Source: Felis catus (lineage: Eukaryota). Taken from it: a stretch of DNA of 64,000 nt. The DNA is taken from positions 237,524,001 through 237,588,000 of the forward strand of contig NC_058368.1 of assembly GCF_018350175.1 (NCBI RefSeq), written 5' to 3'. This document shows, piece by piece, positions 22,194 to 35,200 of the stretch (its first letter is position 1; each line of letters begins with the position of its first letter). The translations under genes and the position numbers were made by a program. Under the pieces are notes generated by a model that saw only the letters and a list, made by a program, of their open reading frames with translations, ran no database searches and was not told the origin of the DNA.

Positions 22194-24627
22194 TGTAAAC
22201 TGCATTCTTAAGCTGCTGATGATAACCAGTGACGGTCAGTCTTGTCATAGATACAGGGTAGCCCGTGCCCAAACCAGCAGGGGTGGGGAGCAGCAGGGCC
22301 CGGAGACGCCTTCCAGGCGTCCTTGAGGCAGTGCTTGCTTCTGGAAGCTTCCAAGCTTCCCGTTTTCTTCCCCGAGCACCCTGTGGGCTCACTCTGTAGT
22401 TGCGCCAGCCACGTGGCATGCCACAGACGCCACGAAGGAGACTGTTTTGCAAATCCTTGGCAAAGTGTGCGGAGAACAGAGATCCCCACGAATACGTAGC
22501 CCAAACCTGTGAGTCGGGCCTAACAAACATTTTCAAAACACACGGAGAGAAAAGAGAACGCCGGCAAGGACCACGTGATCCAAACCCTAATGTCCAAGTA
22601 CGAGCCCCCCCCACCCCCCGCCCCCCACCAGGGCCCTAGGCTGGACGCACAGACTCACCTGTCCTTCTGGGCAGCCTTCCTTCCAGGAAACTCACCGAGA
22701 AATATTAGTCTCACTCCACTTAATCACTGAATGCGAGCAAGGAAGCATCGCCTTCATTGAAGGCACCCAGCAGTTCTGGCAGGTTTTTGCTGCCACGAGG
22801 CTGAAGAGGGTCGCGGGGACTGTCTCGGGGACACAGCTCTCCCGCAGGATCGCCTCTCCGTCATTTCCTTCCCGAACTGGAATCCCCGGGGCCTGTGACG
22901 CATGGGCTTAGCCCGCGTCTGCTGCGTCGTCCCCGCAGCGAGGGCTCTGGACCTTGGTCCTCACCCCAGCTCAGTCCCGGTTTATCAGATACATCGCCCC
23001 CCACGCCCCAGCCCGTGGGGCCTGTGGCCTCAGGATGGCTGCAGGGAGAAGCCTTGGCCAGCGTGCCAGGCACGCGCATAACCCCGTGCCCGGTGCCCGC
23101 CACATGCCGCGTCAGTCTTTCCTGTCACCCTGGCTGAGAGAATGAAGGCTCCTGGGAAAATGCTCCACGGCCTTACGCCCACGTCGCAATTATCCTGAAA
23201 CCCCGGATCCCTGGCGGTGAGCACAGAGTGGTTGCACCCAAGGTTCTCTTTTATTTACACCAGGAAGTGGACCATTCACACGCGTGCTTGAGGCCGGTGT
23301 CACCACTGGATCTGTGGACGCAGGGTGGCCAGGAGGTCGTGGGAAGGGGGATTCTGCTCACTCGCGGAGAGACCTGTCCCAGAACAATAGGGCGTGAGGT
23401 TTCTTTGCCCACAGAGGTGCCCCTTGTTTTCTGTGGGTGAATTCCCCCTTACCCTACTCTCATATTCAGACCGGTCAGCGTCCCGGGAGAAATTACAGTG
23501 GTGCCACAATGGGTAACCCGCGGGATGGGTACTCGGTGCCCTGCTGGCTTAGGAGCAGGGACCGCAGGGAACAGGGTGGAGGGGACCATACGGGGCTCAG
23601 GTTACAGCGTATTGTGTTCAGGACCCATTGCTGACTGTCCCCCCCGGGGAGTGTGGCTTCAGGACGGCATGAGCCCAGCTTCTGAGCCTCGTCAAGGCCC
23701 TGGAGCCCGGTGCTGGTGCCTTCCCGGGCCCCCTGTGCTCCGACAGAGGGCAGGACAGCTCTGCCGTGGGTCTGTCCTCCACTCCACACAGAGGGAGCCA
23801 CGTGCCCTTGTGTTCAGGGTCCACTTGTCCTTCACGTTTCAGGGAGGGATGGGGTGAGGGGAGGCAGACAGCAAGGTGGCCACAAACGGGCTGGTGGCCG
23901 CGGCACCTCATCTCTGGACACTCACGGCCGGCTGTGCGGACCGCTGGGCCCGGCCACGTGTCCAGCCCCGTGCCAGCCCGTGGGCGTGGGATTCTTCCCG
24001 TGTGCTGCTATGCCCACCTCGTGGGTTACCCTGGAGCGGGCACAGGACGGACAGAGCGCATGCACGGGGGACGGACGGCCATGCAGGGTCCAGAGAGGCA
24101 GGACAATGCGTGCTCAGCCTCCTGCCCTTGTCCCCGGAGTCCGCTACCCATGGCTCCCCAGCCACAGGCAGGGATGACACGGAATTGCTCACGGTTGCAT
24201 TCCCAACGGCAAAGTCAGGATTTCCCACCGCCAGGAGCACGACGAATCCGAGTGGCCGTGACCCCGAACGTGGGGAGAAGTAACTAATAAGGTGAATGGC
24301 TTATCTTTTTCCCTGAATGACACAGACCATTGTGAGCATCCGATCTTCTGGCCGAGGAGTTTTTTGGTATCAGAAAAATTCACAGAATTTTGTTGCCGGG
24401 GGATTTTAGAGGGAGCTGAGCCCCAGGCAGTAGGGATGCGGGCTGGGTCTTGACATGCCCCTGGGGTTCTGCGCAGGACGGAGAGCTCCCTTGCCGGACA
24501 CGCAGAAAGCAGTTCTTTCTAAGGGCTGGGCCACCAAACGGTTCCTCCTTCAGGTCTGCGCAGAAGGGATGTGCTTTGTACCTGGCTGGAATTTGGCTGT
24601 GTTTTGTTTGTTTCAACTGAGTATCTT

Positions 24628-24656
24628 TTTTCTGTTTTTAATGTCTGTTTATTTAT

Positions 24657-24705
<49 letters not shown>

Positions 24706-24832
24706 TAGAGAAAACCCCAAGCAGGCCCTGCACGGAGCCCCACGTGGGGCTCGAACCCACAAACCGTGAGATCAGGACTTGAGCCGAAACCAAGAGTCTG
24801 GTGCTTAAATGACTGAGCCCCCCAGGCGCCCT
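24628..24832 (-). mobile_element. Can-SINE with TSD
   Basis: Reverse SINE with (GA)n. TSD CTGAGTATCTT at 24617-24627 and 24833-24843. Confidence 0.93.
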
Positions 24833-25540
24833 CTGAGTATCTTCACAACGGGAACTGCCAGTCCTGTGGAAGATCTATGGGGGCTCGTCAGTGGCCCTGA
24901 CGTAGGGCCTCCGCACCGGAGCGAGGTCTGCCCTCCAGCACCTCGACCCAGACGGGCTCAGCGCCAGGGGCGGGAAGCTCCTCCGTGCCGTGCATGACTC
25001 AGGGGAGGCCGCATGGGAAGTCCTTTGACACTTGTTGGGCTCGATGACACTCTAGCAGCCGACTCAGCGCTGACTCATCACGGCATCCTTCACTCAGTTC
25101 ACTTATTTGCAATTTGGCAAAAGTTGGAAAGTATAATGGCTTCTATTTTTAAGTGTGCAGGCAGGAATATTCTACGCAGAACTGTGAAGTCCTGGCGTCT
25201 CTCTCTAGCCTTTGGAGACCGGGAGAATTCAAAAAGAGAAAGGAAAGTTTGTAATTCATGTGTGTACTGGGATTCTGATGAGGAGAAAAACTAAATATTC
25301 TTTTAAATATGTATTTTTTGAATTTGCAAACGATATGGAAATATATATAATCACACAGTAATTTTATTCTAAGCTAATCATGTGGAAGGTTTGTGAAATG
25401 CAATCCTGTAGGCAAGCGATTACATCACGAAGTTATCGTCACCTCTGAGTCTACGTGGGGACTGCAGAGCCAAGAATCAGATAGAATCCTTTCCGGGACT
25501 GTTTTCCTGATTTCTATTTGTTATGACTGCTGATCTTTGC

Positions 25541-25580
25541 TTTTATTTAATGTCTATTTATTTATTTTGAGAGGGAGGGA

Positions 25581-25632
<52 letters not shown>

Positions 25633-25773
25633 TGGGAAGGGGCAGAGAAAGGGAGACAGAGAGACTCCCAAGCAGCTCAGAACCTGACATGGGGCTGAAT
25701 CTCACAAACCGTGAGATCATGACCGGAGCAGAAATCAAGAGCCAGACGCCTGACTGAGCTGCCCAGGCACCCC
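25541..25773 (-). mobile_element. Can-SINE
   Basis: TTTATTTATTTTGAGA...(GA)n...GAGATCATGACC...CCCAGGCACCCC. Confidence 0.92.
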
Positions 25774-26429
25774 CCCCCCCAGACCCTTGTTTTTCATCTG
25801 TAAGTGACTGACTTCGTGTGGAAATTAAACATCTTTCTATACTGATTCTTCCCTCCTCCTCCACATTAAAAAAATGATTTAGTTTGGATTGATTGAAAAA
25901 TACCCTTGAAAAAAAATTTCTAAACATGTATAAAAAAATAATGGCACAATCAAAATTAGCACTTGACATGGGCACTACTTGGACCCGCCTGGAAGCTGAC
26001 CAAGGCGGAGCGGGCGTGACAACTGACAGCAGGCTTTATGGCCACTGCGTCTGCCACGTCCATCCTGGACATGTAATGGTAACGGGTGATGCGAACTGTG
26101 ATAATGACCACGGAGATTTATTTGCAGAATAAGTTATTATTTCTCAGGAGCCGGACAGCAAGTATTAACACGTGAGCTGCTGTCCGCGGGCTCTCCACAA
26201 GAAAGGTCGACCTTTTGTGGCCCCAGAGGCCGTCCTGAGACGCAGGATTAAGGGGGTGCAGGGGCCGGGGGGGCATCGGCCTGACTCTGAGGCCCCGATG
26301 TGTGGCCAGACTGGCTCCTGTGTTGTTACAGGGTTGAGTACCGTCTGCAGGAGGGTGGTGGCCCACATCGGCGGCAGCCCCCTTCCCTCTCTTTAATTCC
26401 TTCTTTCTGTGTATGTTCACCGTACATTC

Positions 26430-26600
26430 ACTTCCCCAGAAACCTTCTGCAGCTCAGGCGTGGCCACATGACCCAGTTCAAGTCCACGAAGCAAAAATGG
26501 GAAATCGCTGTGGGGTGTGTGGTGGGCGGGAGGAGAGGGATTCTGAGAAAGGTTCACTTCCCTGATTATAATCCAAAGGAAACCAAAGGCCTCTGTCTTG
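26430..26600 (+). mobile_element. Old MaLR LTR fragment (MLT1H-L-like)
   Basis: GCAGCTCAGGCGTGGCCACATGACCCAGTTC...CTGAGAAAGGTT resembles the recalled core of older MLT1 LTRs. Confidence 0.45.
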
Positions 26601-29522
26601 TTTTCCTGCTCTGTCCCTTCCTCTCTGCAGACAGCCGTGGGCGGAGGCTCTGCTGCCCCGGGGTGCGGGGGTTGTAATGTCAGGTTGACAAGTCCAAGGA
26701 CGCAGAGGGAGGGTGAGAAACGGGACGGCGCAGAGAATGTGGCCTTCGGCCCGTGCGCGCATGGACCTTCCCCACTGAGAGCTCGCCCGGCTCATCGTCG
26801 TGAACTCCCCTTACGGGGCGTCAGAAGCGGTCCTAAGTGACCTAAGAGGACACCCAGAGACAGGACCGGCCGCGGACCCCTGCCGATGTCCAAGGGGCAT
26901 TCATGGCAACCAGAGGAGAACACCCGCGTCCCCTCCAGCGCGTGACGGCAGCATGGCCGCGGGCCGCACCTCGTCGCAGGTTCTCCAGAAAATACTTCTG
27001 ACCGAATGAGTGAACCGGTTCGTCACCGCGTTCCTATCGTCTCTGGAAACATCTCTATTTGAAGTTCATGACCGACCAGCCTCACGTGGGAGGAATCCTG
27101 TCCTTGGCCAAGGCCAACGCGTTTCACGGGAAGACGGGCTGGGGCGTCACGGGTGTGAGGACGCGGGGATATTTGGACGTCCATCTCCCGTCGCTCGGAT
27201 CGTCACCTCTGCCCCTACAGTTCAGCGCGTTGGGGACTGTCCTCGCTCCCCGCCTCGCGGTGGGGAGGACGCGAGAGAACAAGGGCCCTTCTCCCTCCCA
27301 CGTGGTAGCTTTTCGGTACAAGCCTGGCAGTGGCCGTTCAGTGGTGCCGAGGTGGGGCTTCACCGTCTCTCGAAGATCGGCTTCCTCAGCCGCCGCTTGG
27401 GCTGCTGGCGGCCAGGCGTGGGAGGTGGGAGGGTGGCGACCTGCTCCGAGGTGTCTCCAGCCACCCCCGGCTCCGCCCGGACTCTGGGGGAATAAGAGGC
27501 TTTGCAGCAGGTGCGCCTTCCTCATTCTGTTCCCGTCTCTCCTCTTCGGCCCTGAAGCGTCTGCCTGTGGGGATCCACACTCGTCCCCCGCCCCGGCCCA
27601 AGACTCCGTCCCTCCTGCTCAGGCAGCCGCTGTCTGATGTCTGACTTGCCCCCTGATCCCAGGAGCCCATCCCGGCGCCCAGGAGGCTGCGGCCAGCTCC
27701 CTCAGCCCTTCCCGGACACGTGGCGGCAGGCCCACCCCAAACCTCTGCCTCCCACTGTATCGCGTCCGGCTCTCAGGCCACAGTCTCTGCCCTGCACCCA
27801 CCGGGCTCTGGCCTTTGGCATTTCCAAGGAAGCCTTTGGGGGGCAAGCGATCCTTCCCTTTCTCAAGGGCGCGGCTCTTGCGGCTGAAGCCCGGCTCCCG
27901 GATCCAGCAGGCTCCGTTTCGTAACAAGGTTGTTTGGCAAGTGACAGCTGGGCACTGGCTTCTTGCTTCCAGGTTCATCTGTCCCCACCCCGAGGCCGTG
28001 GCCACCTCGACTTGGGAGATAATTCACAGGCACCAAAACTACTGTGGTCTAAAGAAAACAACAATACATTGGAAGTGTTTCACAAAACGTCACCCCAGCG
28101 CACGAGCTCTTGTAAATCCCCAGGAAAGACAAGAGACTGGGTCCTCAACTGGAAAGACAAGAAGCCGGGTCCTCAACTCTAGGAAGCAGATACTGAGAGA
28201 ATTGTAAGCACTTAGATGGCAACACGGAGATCCAGAGGCTGGAGGGCTGAGCACGCGGACAAGGACCATTTCTCAGTATTGATGACAATATATGTCTCTA
28301 TATAAAATAATCTCCCCATATGTCAATATATATCACTAATAATATCTATGTAATATCAACATGTACGTATCACTAATAATCTCTAGGAATCCCTGTGGCT
28401 CTTTTTGTCACGAGCCCTGTAAAGTCTGGAGCCCAGGGTCCCCCGGCAGCCGGACAAAAGGCTGTGTGATGTTTCATAGAATGACTGCAGAGACTGATGA
28501 CTGTGCTCAATCAATCAATCATTTCGTCCACTCATACGACACCTATGTCCCCAGCACCGAGTTCTTTGTAAGGCACTGGCCCCTCTGTGCCCGAGGACTA
28601 AGTGGAAAAACCAAGGTGAAATGTTACTGAGGATCCACATCAAACATGAGTCCTTTAAAATGACTAATTGTTAATTCTAAACCAGGAGGTATTTTGAAGA
28701 GTGGTCTAAGGAAGCTATCGGATTTCATAGTATAAAGTAATGAGGAAAGCAGAGAGACCCTGCAGAAATGTTTTCAGAGTTCAAGACTTAAACCCTTTAA
28801 AATCATTTTTAAAGATAAAATTTTATTTTATGGAAATGCTAAGCCATGTTACTACAAACCCAGTTCAACCGACTGCATATAAAACTCCATCACCTTGCCT
28901 CAAGGTAAGAAAATAAAGTTTACTGCTATTGAATCATACTAAAATATTCATCTGTCAGGACTTTGTCAACCATGGTTTTGATGGCATTTAAATTGAATTT
29001 AATATAAATTTAAAGGCATCTCCATTTGATGTGATGAATAAAATGGGGCCACCATCAACTTCAATTTTAATACTTTAAATGTAGGCATTTCCAGCTGCCT
29101 TGGTGCATCTATACTCGGCACTTACTCGTTATAATATATGTTTTTAAACATTTTGTTATTTTAAATTTGCAAATAAGACAGAAGCCAGAGGTGGAATCCC
29201 AACTTGGATATCGCGGCCCCGAATAGGTTCTAGAAGCCAGTGCCAAGCAGTCCCAGCTCGGGGGGCCTCCAGTTGGCGCCCGTGGACGAGAGGAGACTGG
29301 CTGGGCCGCGGGGTCTGCTGGCGGGAGGGACGCCCCCGTGCACCCCTCCTCCGGGGACCCCAGCCGCGCACGGTCCGCAGGATCGCGCTGTCCTTCGTCA
29401 GCCTGACGCTCTCTTTCCTCCGTTCTGCTCCCGGAAAACACTGACCGTTGTCAGCCGCGGGAGTCACTTCTGGGGGGTGAGCCCCTTCCGAGTGCAAGGC
29501 GCTTGTTGTGGCCTGGGGGTCT

Positions 29523-29524
<2 letters not shown>

Positions 29525-29567
<43 letters not shown>
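29525..29567. repeat. (TG)n microsatellite
   Basis: Direct inspection. Confidence 0.95.
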
Positions 29568-29568
<1 letters not shown>

Positions 29569-30465
29569 TCCTGCCTGGAGAGGGTGGTGCTCGGGGAAGA
29601 AGGAGGAGGACGTCGCGGGTTGCGCTGGGTCAAGTACGCTGAGGGGAGAGGCAGGTGCCCCTCCAGGTCAGGGAGCCTTTGCGTGGACTCCGAGCTCCGA
29701 GTCCTGGCTCATCGCTGGCTAACCTCAGCCCTGGGCGTGAGTAGGCCTCCCTCCACTGTGACATCCCAGAGGCAGGGCGCTCCCTGAAGACGCACAGAGA
29801 GGTCTCCTGTCCCCCAGGGTCCCAGAGGAGGTCTGACTTGTCTCCTAAAGACAACCACGGCCAGGACCACACCTCTCTGTGGATCAGTGCCAGGTGCGGT
29901 GCCCGTGGCGGGGTGGGCGCTGAAGTTCCGGCCACCGGCCTTGGTGAGCTGCACGCCCAGTGGCCAGGCGGCTGTGTGCAGAGAGGCTCTAGAAACCCCT
30001 TTCCAGGGACTGGCCTCCCCGGTAGGAGAGAGCCAAGCTGGGAGGGAGGCAGGGAGGCGACCGTCAGCCCTGGACGTCAGACGGTGCCAGTCACAGGCAC
30101 AAACGCCTGATCTGGGTCCAAATGGGCCCGACTGGGGAAGACGGGCCTTTTCAGGAGGGGCTACAGCACAGTGGGAGAGAGCGGGTACGTTCCTTCAAAT
30201 GTCACTCCTGTCCTGAGGTTCGGGGGGTGCAGGCTGCAGGGTGCTGGGGGACACAGAGCCTCCACTGTGAGCCTCGGGAGCTCGGGGCCGGCCGGGCAGC
30301 CCTTGTCGTTGTCCCTCCGGCCCAGCGGCTCCGTGAGGATGCCATGCCCCCGTGAGTGGGTAGGGGGCGGGTGTCTTGCCCTCCGGGAAGGCAGGCAGGC
30401 CCCGGCACGGCTGGGACCAGGCTGGGTGAGGGTTGGAGCCCGACAAAACCAGAGGGCCAACCAAA

Positions 30466-30527
30466 GGGACACCTGGGTGGCTCAGTCACTTAAACATCAG
30501 ACTTCGGCTCAGGTCGTGATCTCACAG
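30466..30527 (+). mobile_element. Can-SINE 5' head only (3'-truncated)
   Basis: GGGACACCTGGGTGGCTCAGTCACTTAAACATCAGACTTCGGCTCAGGTCGTGATCTCACAG, with no body or tail. Confidence 0.85.
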
Positions 30528-31436
30528 AAGGGCCAACCGGGGATGGTTGATTGTAAAGGGGAGGGGACGCTTCTGGACCCGGAGGGCCCAGCGTAACCCC
30601 TCAGACCCTGCTTTCCCCCAGCAGGCAGGGGACTGAGGCCCAAACCCCTGCAGCCGGCTGACTGGGCCCACCTCAGTGGGGGGCCAGCCTCCCAGCCCCC
30701 ACGGCCGTGGCCCCGCCAGCTCTGCGCCCCCCACCCCACGTGCACCAGGCTCCCAGGTACCCTCTGCCCTGCCCAGCCGTCACCCTGGGACTGGGGGGTG
30801 AGGACTGGGGTGTCCCGTCACTGGTTTTCAGGGACAGTATTTATTTCCGTCCCATCTGCCTATTTTCATTTTAGAATACGTTTTATTCTCTCACGAGGTA
30901 GAGCTTTATTTTACTTACTGGAAGATGTAGTGTCGACTTAGCTTCATGTTTCTACAGAATTGCTTTGGGATTTTCACGTCCGCCTACGGAAGTCCCCATC
31001 TGGGGGTGTGTAAACTGGTTTCCAAAGCCTCGTGCGTGAGAATGCGTCCTGAGCCGGGGTCCTCGTGGTTCGAACGTCCTCCCACGTGGGGTCCCACACA
31101 GCTCCCGGCGGGCGCCCCACCTGGCCTCGCTCTGCACCGGTGGCCCAGGCCGGGGACCCGCACGCCCGCGGGCTGCAGACCTGAGTAGGTGGGAGCGAGA
31201 GAGCAGAGTCCCCCGATCCCTTCCGAGGGGGCAGCTCAGAGGCGTCCAGCCTCCGCCCGAGGCCGCACGTCCTCTCCCACCACGTCAGTCCCTGGGCACG
31301 TGGTGGCCTCTGGTCCCAGGGACCCGTTTTGCTCTGGGTCCACACTTGTCACCGTGCACTCCACCCCGTTTCCAGGCCCGGGGATTCTCCTCACTTGCTT
31401 TCCTGGGCAGCTGTGCATTTAAAATTCAGTGATCTC

Positions 31437-31656
31437 GGGGCGCCTGGGGGGCTCAGTCTGCAAGTGCCCGACTTTGGCTCAGGAAACGATCTCCCCGTCT
31501 GTGGGTTCGGGCCCCGCGTCGGACTCTGTGCTGACAGCTGGGAGCCTGGAACCTGCTTCAGTTTCTGTGTCTCCCTCTCTCTCTGCTCCTCCCCTGCTCA
31601 CTCTCTCTCTCTGTCTCCCTGTCCCAAAAATAAATTAAAAAAAGTTAATAAAAAAA
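31437..31656 (+). mobile_element. Can-SINE (SINEC_Fc-like)
   Basis: GGGGCGCCTGGGGGGCTCAG head and A-tail. Imperfect TSD ATTCAGTGATCT / ATTCACTGATCT. Confidence 0.94.
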
Positions 31657-31789
31657 TATTCACTGATCTTCACCTGACACATCCATGTGTTTGGAGTGGC
31701 AGGGGAAGATCCAACACTTACCCCATCTTCTGACTCGACCTTGGAATCTAAGCAAGTTATTTAAATAAATAAAAATCGCCTTCAGGGAC

Positions 31790-32900
31790 ATGTAGGCAAA
31801 TAATGTAATTAATACACAAAAATCAGTCGCCTTCCTATGTACCACCAAAAGACCCCTCAGAAGATACGAGGAAAGAGAAAACCTCACTCAAAACACCTAA
31901 GATGACTGAGGACGTGACATTCTTGCGAATAAACTCGATAAGCCATTGCAAAATCCATGTGGGGAACCTTTCGGACGCATTTGAAAGCCTGCCAGGGAGG
32001 CCTGAGCCGATGAGAGGAGGAAGGGAGGGTGGCAGCCTCACCCCAGGTAGCGCGGGAGTTTAGCCCAGACCCGATGCACATGCCAGCAAGTGTCCGTCAC
32101 AGCCTTGCATCCGATCGTAAGGTTCCCGTGGACGGGGAACTTGCCAGGAGAGCGAGGAAGTCCCCGAAAGACACGAGCAAGGAGGAATAGGAGCAGCAGG
32201 GCCCATGAGATAGGCAAGCAAGTCATACAGTGTCTGCGGCTGAGCAGTTCCGGGGCGCGGCTGGACAGACGGACCGGGCAGGCGCAGGGAACGTGCACTT
32301 TGTTTACAATAAAGGCAGCATCTCGTACCGTCGAGGCCAAAGCACGTGGCGTGAAGGCGACTGAGAAACCATTTGGAAATACGTAAAAGTGGACCCTTAT
32401 CTTACTCTAAACAGCAGCAAACAAACAGACCACAAAATACCAAATGGGCTGGGGGTCTATATGAAAAGAAATTAAAACGAGGTCTCCAGCAGGCCAGAAG
32501 GACACCTTCCAGCCGTGACCCAAATAAAGGTGCAATTAAACCAAGACAAAGTAATGGCATCCATGGCATGCGGATCTTCGCACGGCCGCCCTCCCCCCCG
32601 AAACCCGTGGCCGAAAGCAAGGGCAAACCGCAAAGCTGTCCTTCTTCCAGTTTAAGGGCCAACAACCTACCTCATAGGACGTTTCACACACCCACGGAGA
32701 ACGAAGGCCCAGACATAGGACAGGAAAACGGGCAAACGCCCGGAAAACACATTTCCCTGGGACACACGTGCAAGCTCGCGGTAACGTTCCGCGTGGCCGT
32801 CTGGGCAGAGTTGCAGCCCCGTGGTGGGGAGCTGGACAACACGTGGCACAGCTACCCTCTAGCACCACTTCCAGAAGTTTCGCTGAGCTCCACAAACAGG
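31790..32900 (+). mobile_element. Highly decayed L1 ORF2 remnant
   Basis: Collinear L1-like anchors: AATACACAAAAATCAGTCGCCTTCCTATGTACCA, GATAAGCCATTGCAAAATCCATGTGG, TGGACCCTTATCTTAC, AAAACGGGCAAACGCCCGGAAAACACATTTC. Confidence 0.65.
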
Positions 32901-32957
32901 AGGAAGCGCGAGCACAGGACGGTGGCTGCTACGGGAGGACGCGAGAGTCCCCAGCGG

Positions 32958-33416
32958 CGGTGGGTGGAGCCGTGGCCTCTACAAGGCTGTCCACGTCCTG
33001 ACCCCCAGGGCCTGTGAAGGGGACCCTGGGTGGAAGAAAGGGCCTTTGCCGATGTAACTGAGGTCATGAGGGGCTTACCCCGGGTGACCTGGGGGGCCCT
33101 AAACCCACGATAGGCGTGCTCTAGGAGTGAGGCCGCGGGAGATCAGACAGACAGACGGGGAAGACACGGAGGGAAAGCCCCCGTGAAGACAGAGGCAGAG
33201 GTGGGAGAGATGCGGCCGCAGCTCGGGGTGCCTGGGGCCACAAAGGCTGGAAGGGGCAGGAAGCGGGAAGGGCCTTCCCTCGAGCCCTCGAGGGCAGCGA
33301 GGGCCCGCCGACACCTGGATTTCAGACTCTGGCCGCCAGAGGCGGGGACAACACATTTGTGCTGCTGAAGGCCAGATGGCTGCGGGGCTTTGTCATGCGG
33401 TCACAGCGACTGAGCA
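32958..33416 (+). mobile_element. MaLR solo LTR (MLT1B/C-like)
   Basis: GGGCCTTTGCCGATGTAACTGAGG, GTGAAGACAGAGGCAGAGGTGGGAGAGATGCGGCC, GCCGACACCTGGATTTCAGACTCTGGCC. Confidence 0.8.
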
Positions 33417-34993
33417 AGGAGAGAGCCACCTGTCCCAGAGAAGGTGCTAATGAACCGGTGCGCCCACCCAGTTTTTGATGCGGGGCGTCTGGGATCGGCC
33501 TTAGGTCACTTGGTAGCCGGTCACCTGTCACAGACAGAAGGCGAGCTAGGAACGTAAAGCTGTCCTCTTACTTTGGGGGATGAAGCCCAGGAGGGATGCG
33601 GGAAGCACCGGGATGGACAGAGACCCTGGGGATGGACGGCATGGCTGGGTGAAGGCAGAGGGAGAAAGGACGGAACAGGGAAGCTGCTCTCTCAGCAGGT
33701 GTAGCTTGGGGACCGAGCGCCTTCCCTGGGGAGCACGCTTCAGCGTAGAGAATGCACGCAGCCGATTAGTTTATTCTTCGTAAGGGACGGTGTAAGCGCA
33801 CACACAGGGAGGACGACAGGAGCCTCGACGAAGGATTCTCAGGTCCTCATAGGAAAAGCAGGGCCCCCGAAAGAGAAGCGTCGTCAGAAGTGATGTTTCG
33901 GGAAGATTTCTTCCCAAGTGCTTCCGGTATTCCAGGCAGAAACCCTGCTGGCCGGGGTGGGATGCAGCGAGAGCTACTGTCCCGTCACAGGGCACAGAGG
34001 ACAGGCCTGTCCCAAGCTCACGGCAAGAGCACGTCCATCCACACCATGGGGAGCACTCACAGTTCGGCCCTGTCCACCCGGATGGTTGTCTGTGCGGGAC
34101 GTCAGCAGAAACCCACTGTCGTGGAGCCTGTTTGTGCCCCACTCCCCGTCCAAGATTTTCTCCAGCGGCTCCGCGTGCCTCCCTTAAAAGGCCCTGAACC
34201 TCTGAGGGAGCCGGCTGCTCTGAGGCTGGCGGGAAGCCTGACTGGTGGGACTGACCGTGTCCCCTGCCAGCCTGACTCCTGGCGGGAAGGAGAGCTGGCT
34301 CCATGGAGGCAGTGAGACCTAAGGACAGGTTCGTGAAGGCTGCTGGGAAAACTCACCGGCTGTGACACAGAGCCACTTTCTGCCCTGAGGGCATGGCTAG
34401 GGAGGAAGCATGCAATGCTGGACACTGGCAGCCCTCACGTGACCACGAGGCCTTCCAGCCTGGGCCAGTGCTGGCTCCCCGCGTCACAGAGTGAGGGACA
34501 GAGCACTTCTGGGACAGTCCTGCCACATCTAACTTCCTCCACGTCTGCACCCGACTCATGGTTCCCTGCTCTTCCTGTCTGTTGGAATCGGGCCTCCTAT
34601 TACTGTAGATGAAAGCTTCCCGTGGACAGACGCATGCCAGGCAGCCACACGGAGCTCAGACAGCAAAGCACTTGGTTGACTTCTGAAAAAAAAAAAAAAA
34701 AAAAAAAGGCTACACCTGAGGACGCCCAGGAAGCCTGGAAGCTGAGCAAAGCAGGTTGGGGCAGCCCGGCCAGACTTGGGCGGGTGCGAGAATAAACCCT
34801 GGGTAAACCCCAGCCACGTCAGAGAGGCAGATCCAAACCGGAATGAAATGCAGACCCTGATTCTTCAAAAGGAGGGTCCTTTATATTTCGACCCTCAAAT
34901 TTTATCAAAGAAAAAAAACCCGCAAGCTTGGAAGGCAGCAAAAGCTACTAAAATTATATCTTGTGTGAAAGGATTAAAATTATTTTTAATTTT

Positions 34994-35200
34994 GGGGCGC
35001 TTGGGTGGCTCACTGGGGTAAGCGTCCGACTTCGGCTCAGGTCATGATCTCACAGCTTGTGCGTTCGAGCCCCGCGTCGGGGTCTGGGCTGACGGCTCGG
35101 AGCCTGGAGACTGCTTCGGATTCTGTGTCTCCCCCTCTCTTCCCCTTCCCTGCTCATGCTCGTCTCTGTCTCTCTCAAAAAATAAATGAACATTAAAAAA
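34994..35200 (+). mobile_element. Can-SINE (SINEC_Fc-like)
   Basis: GGGGCGCTTGGGTGGCTCA...TTCGAGCCCCGCGTCGGGGTCTGGGCTGACGGCTCGGAGCCTGGAG...A-tail. Confidence 0.95.
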
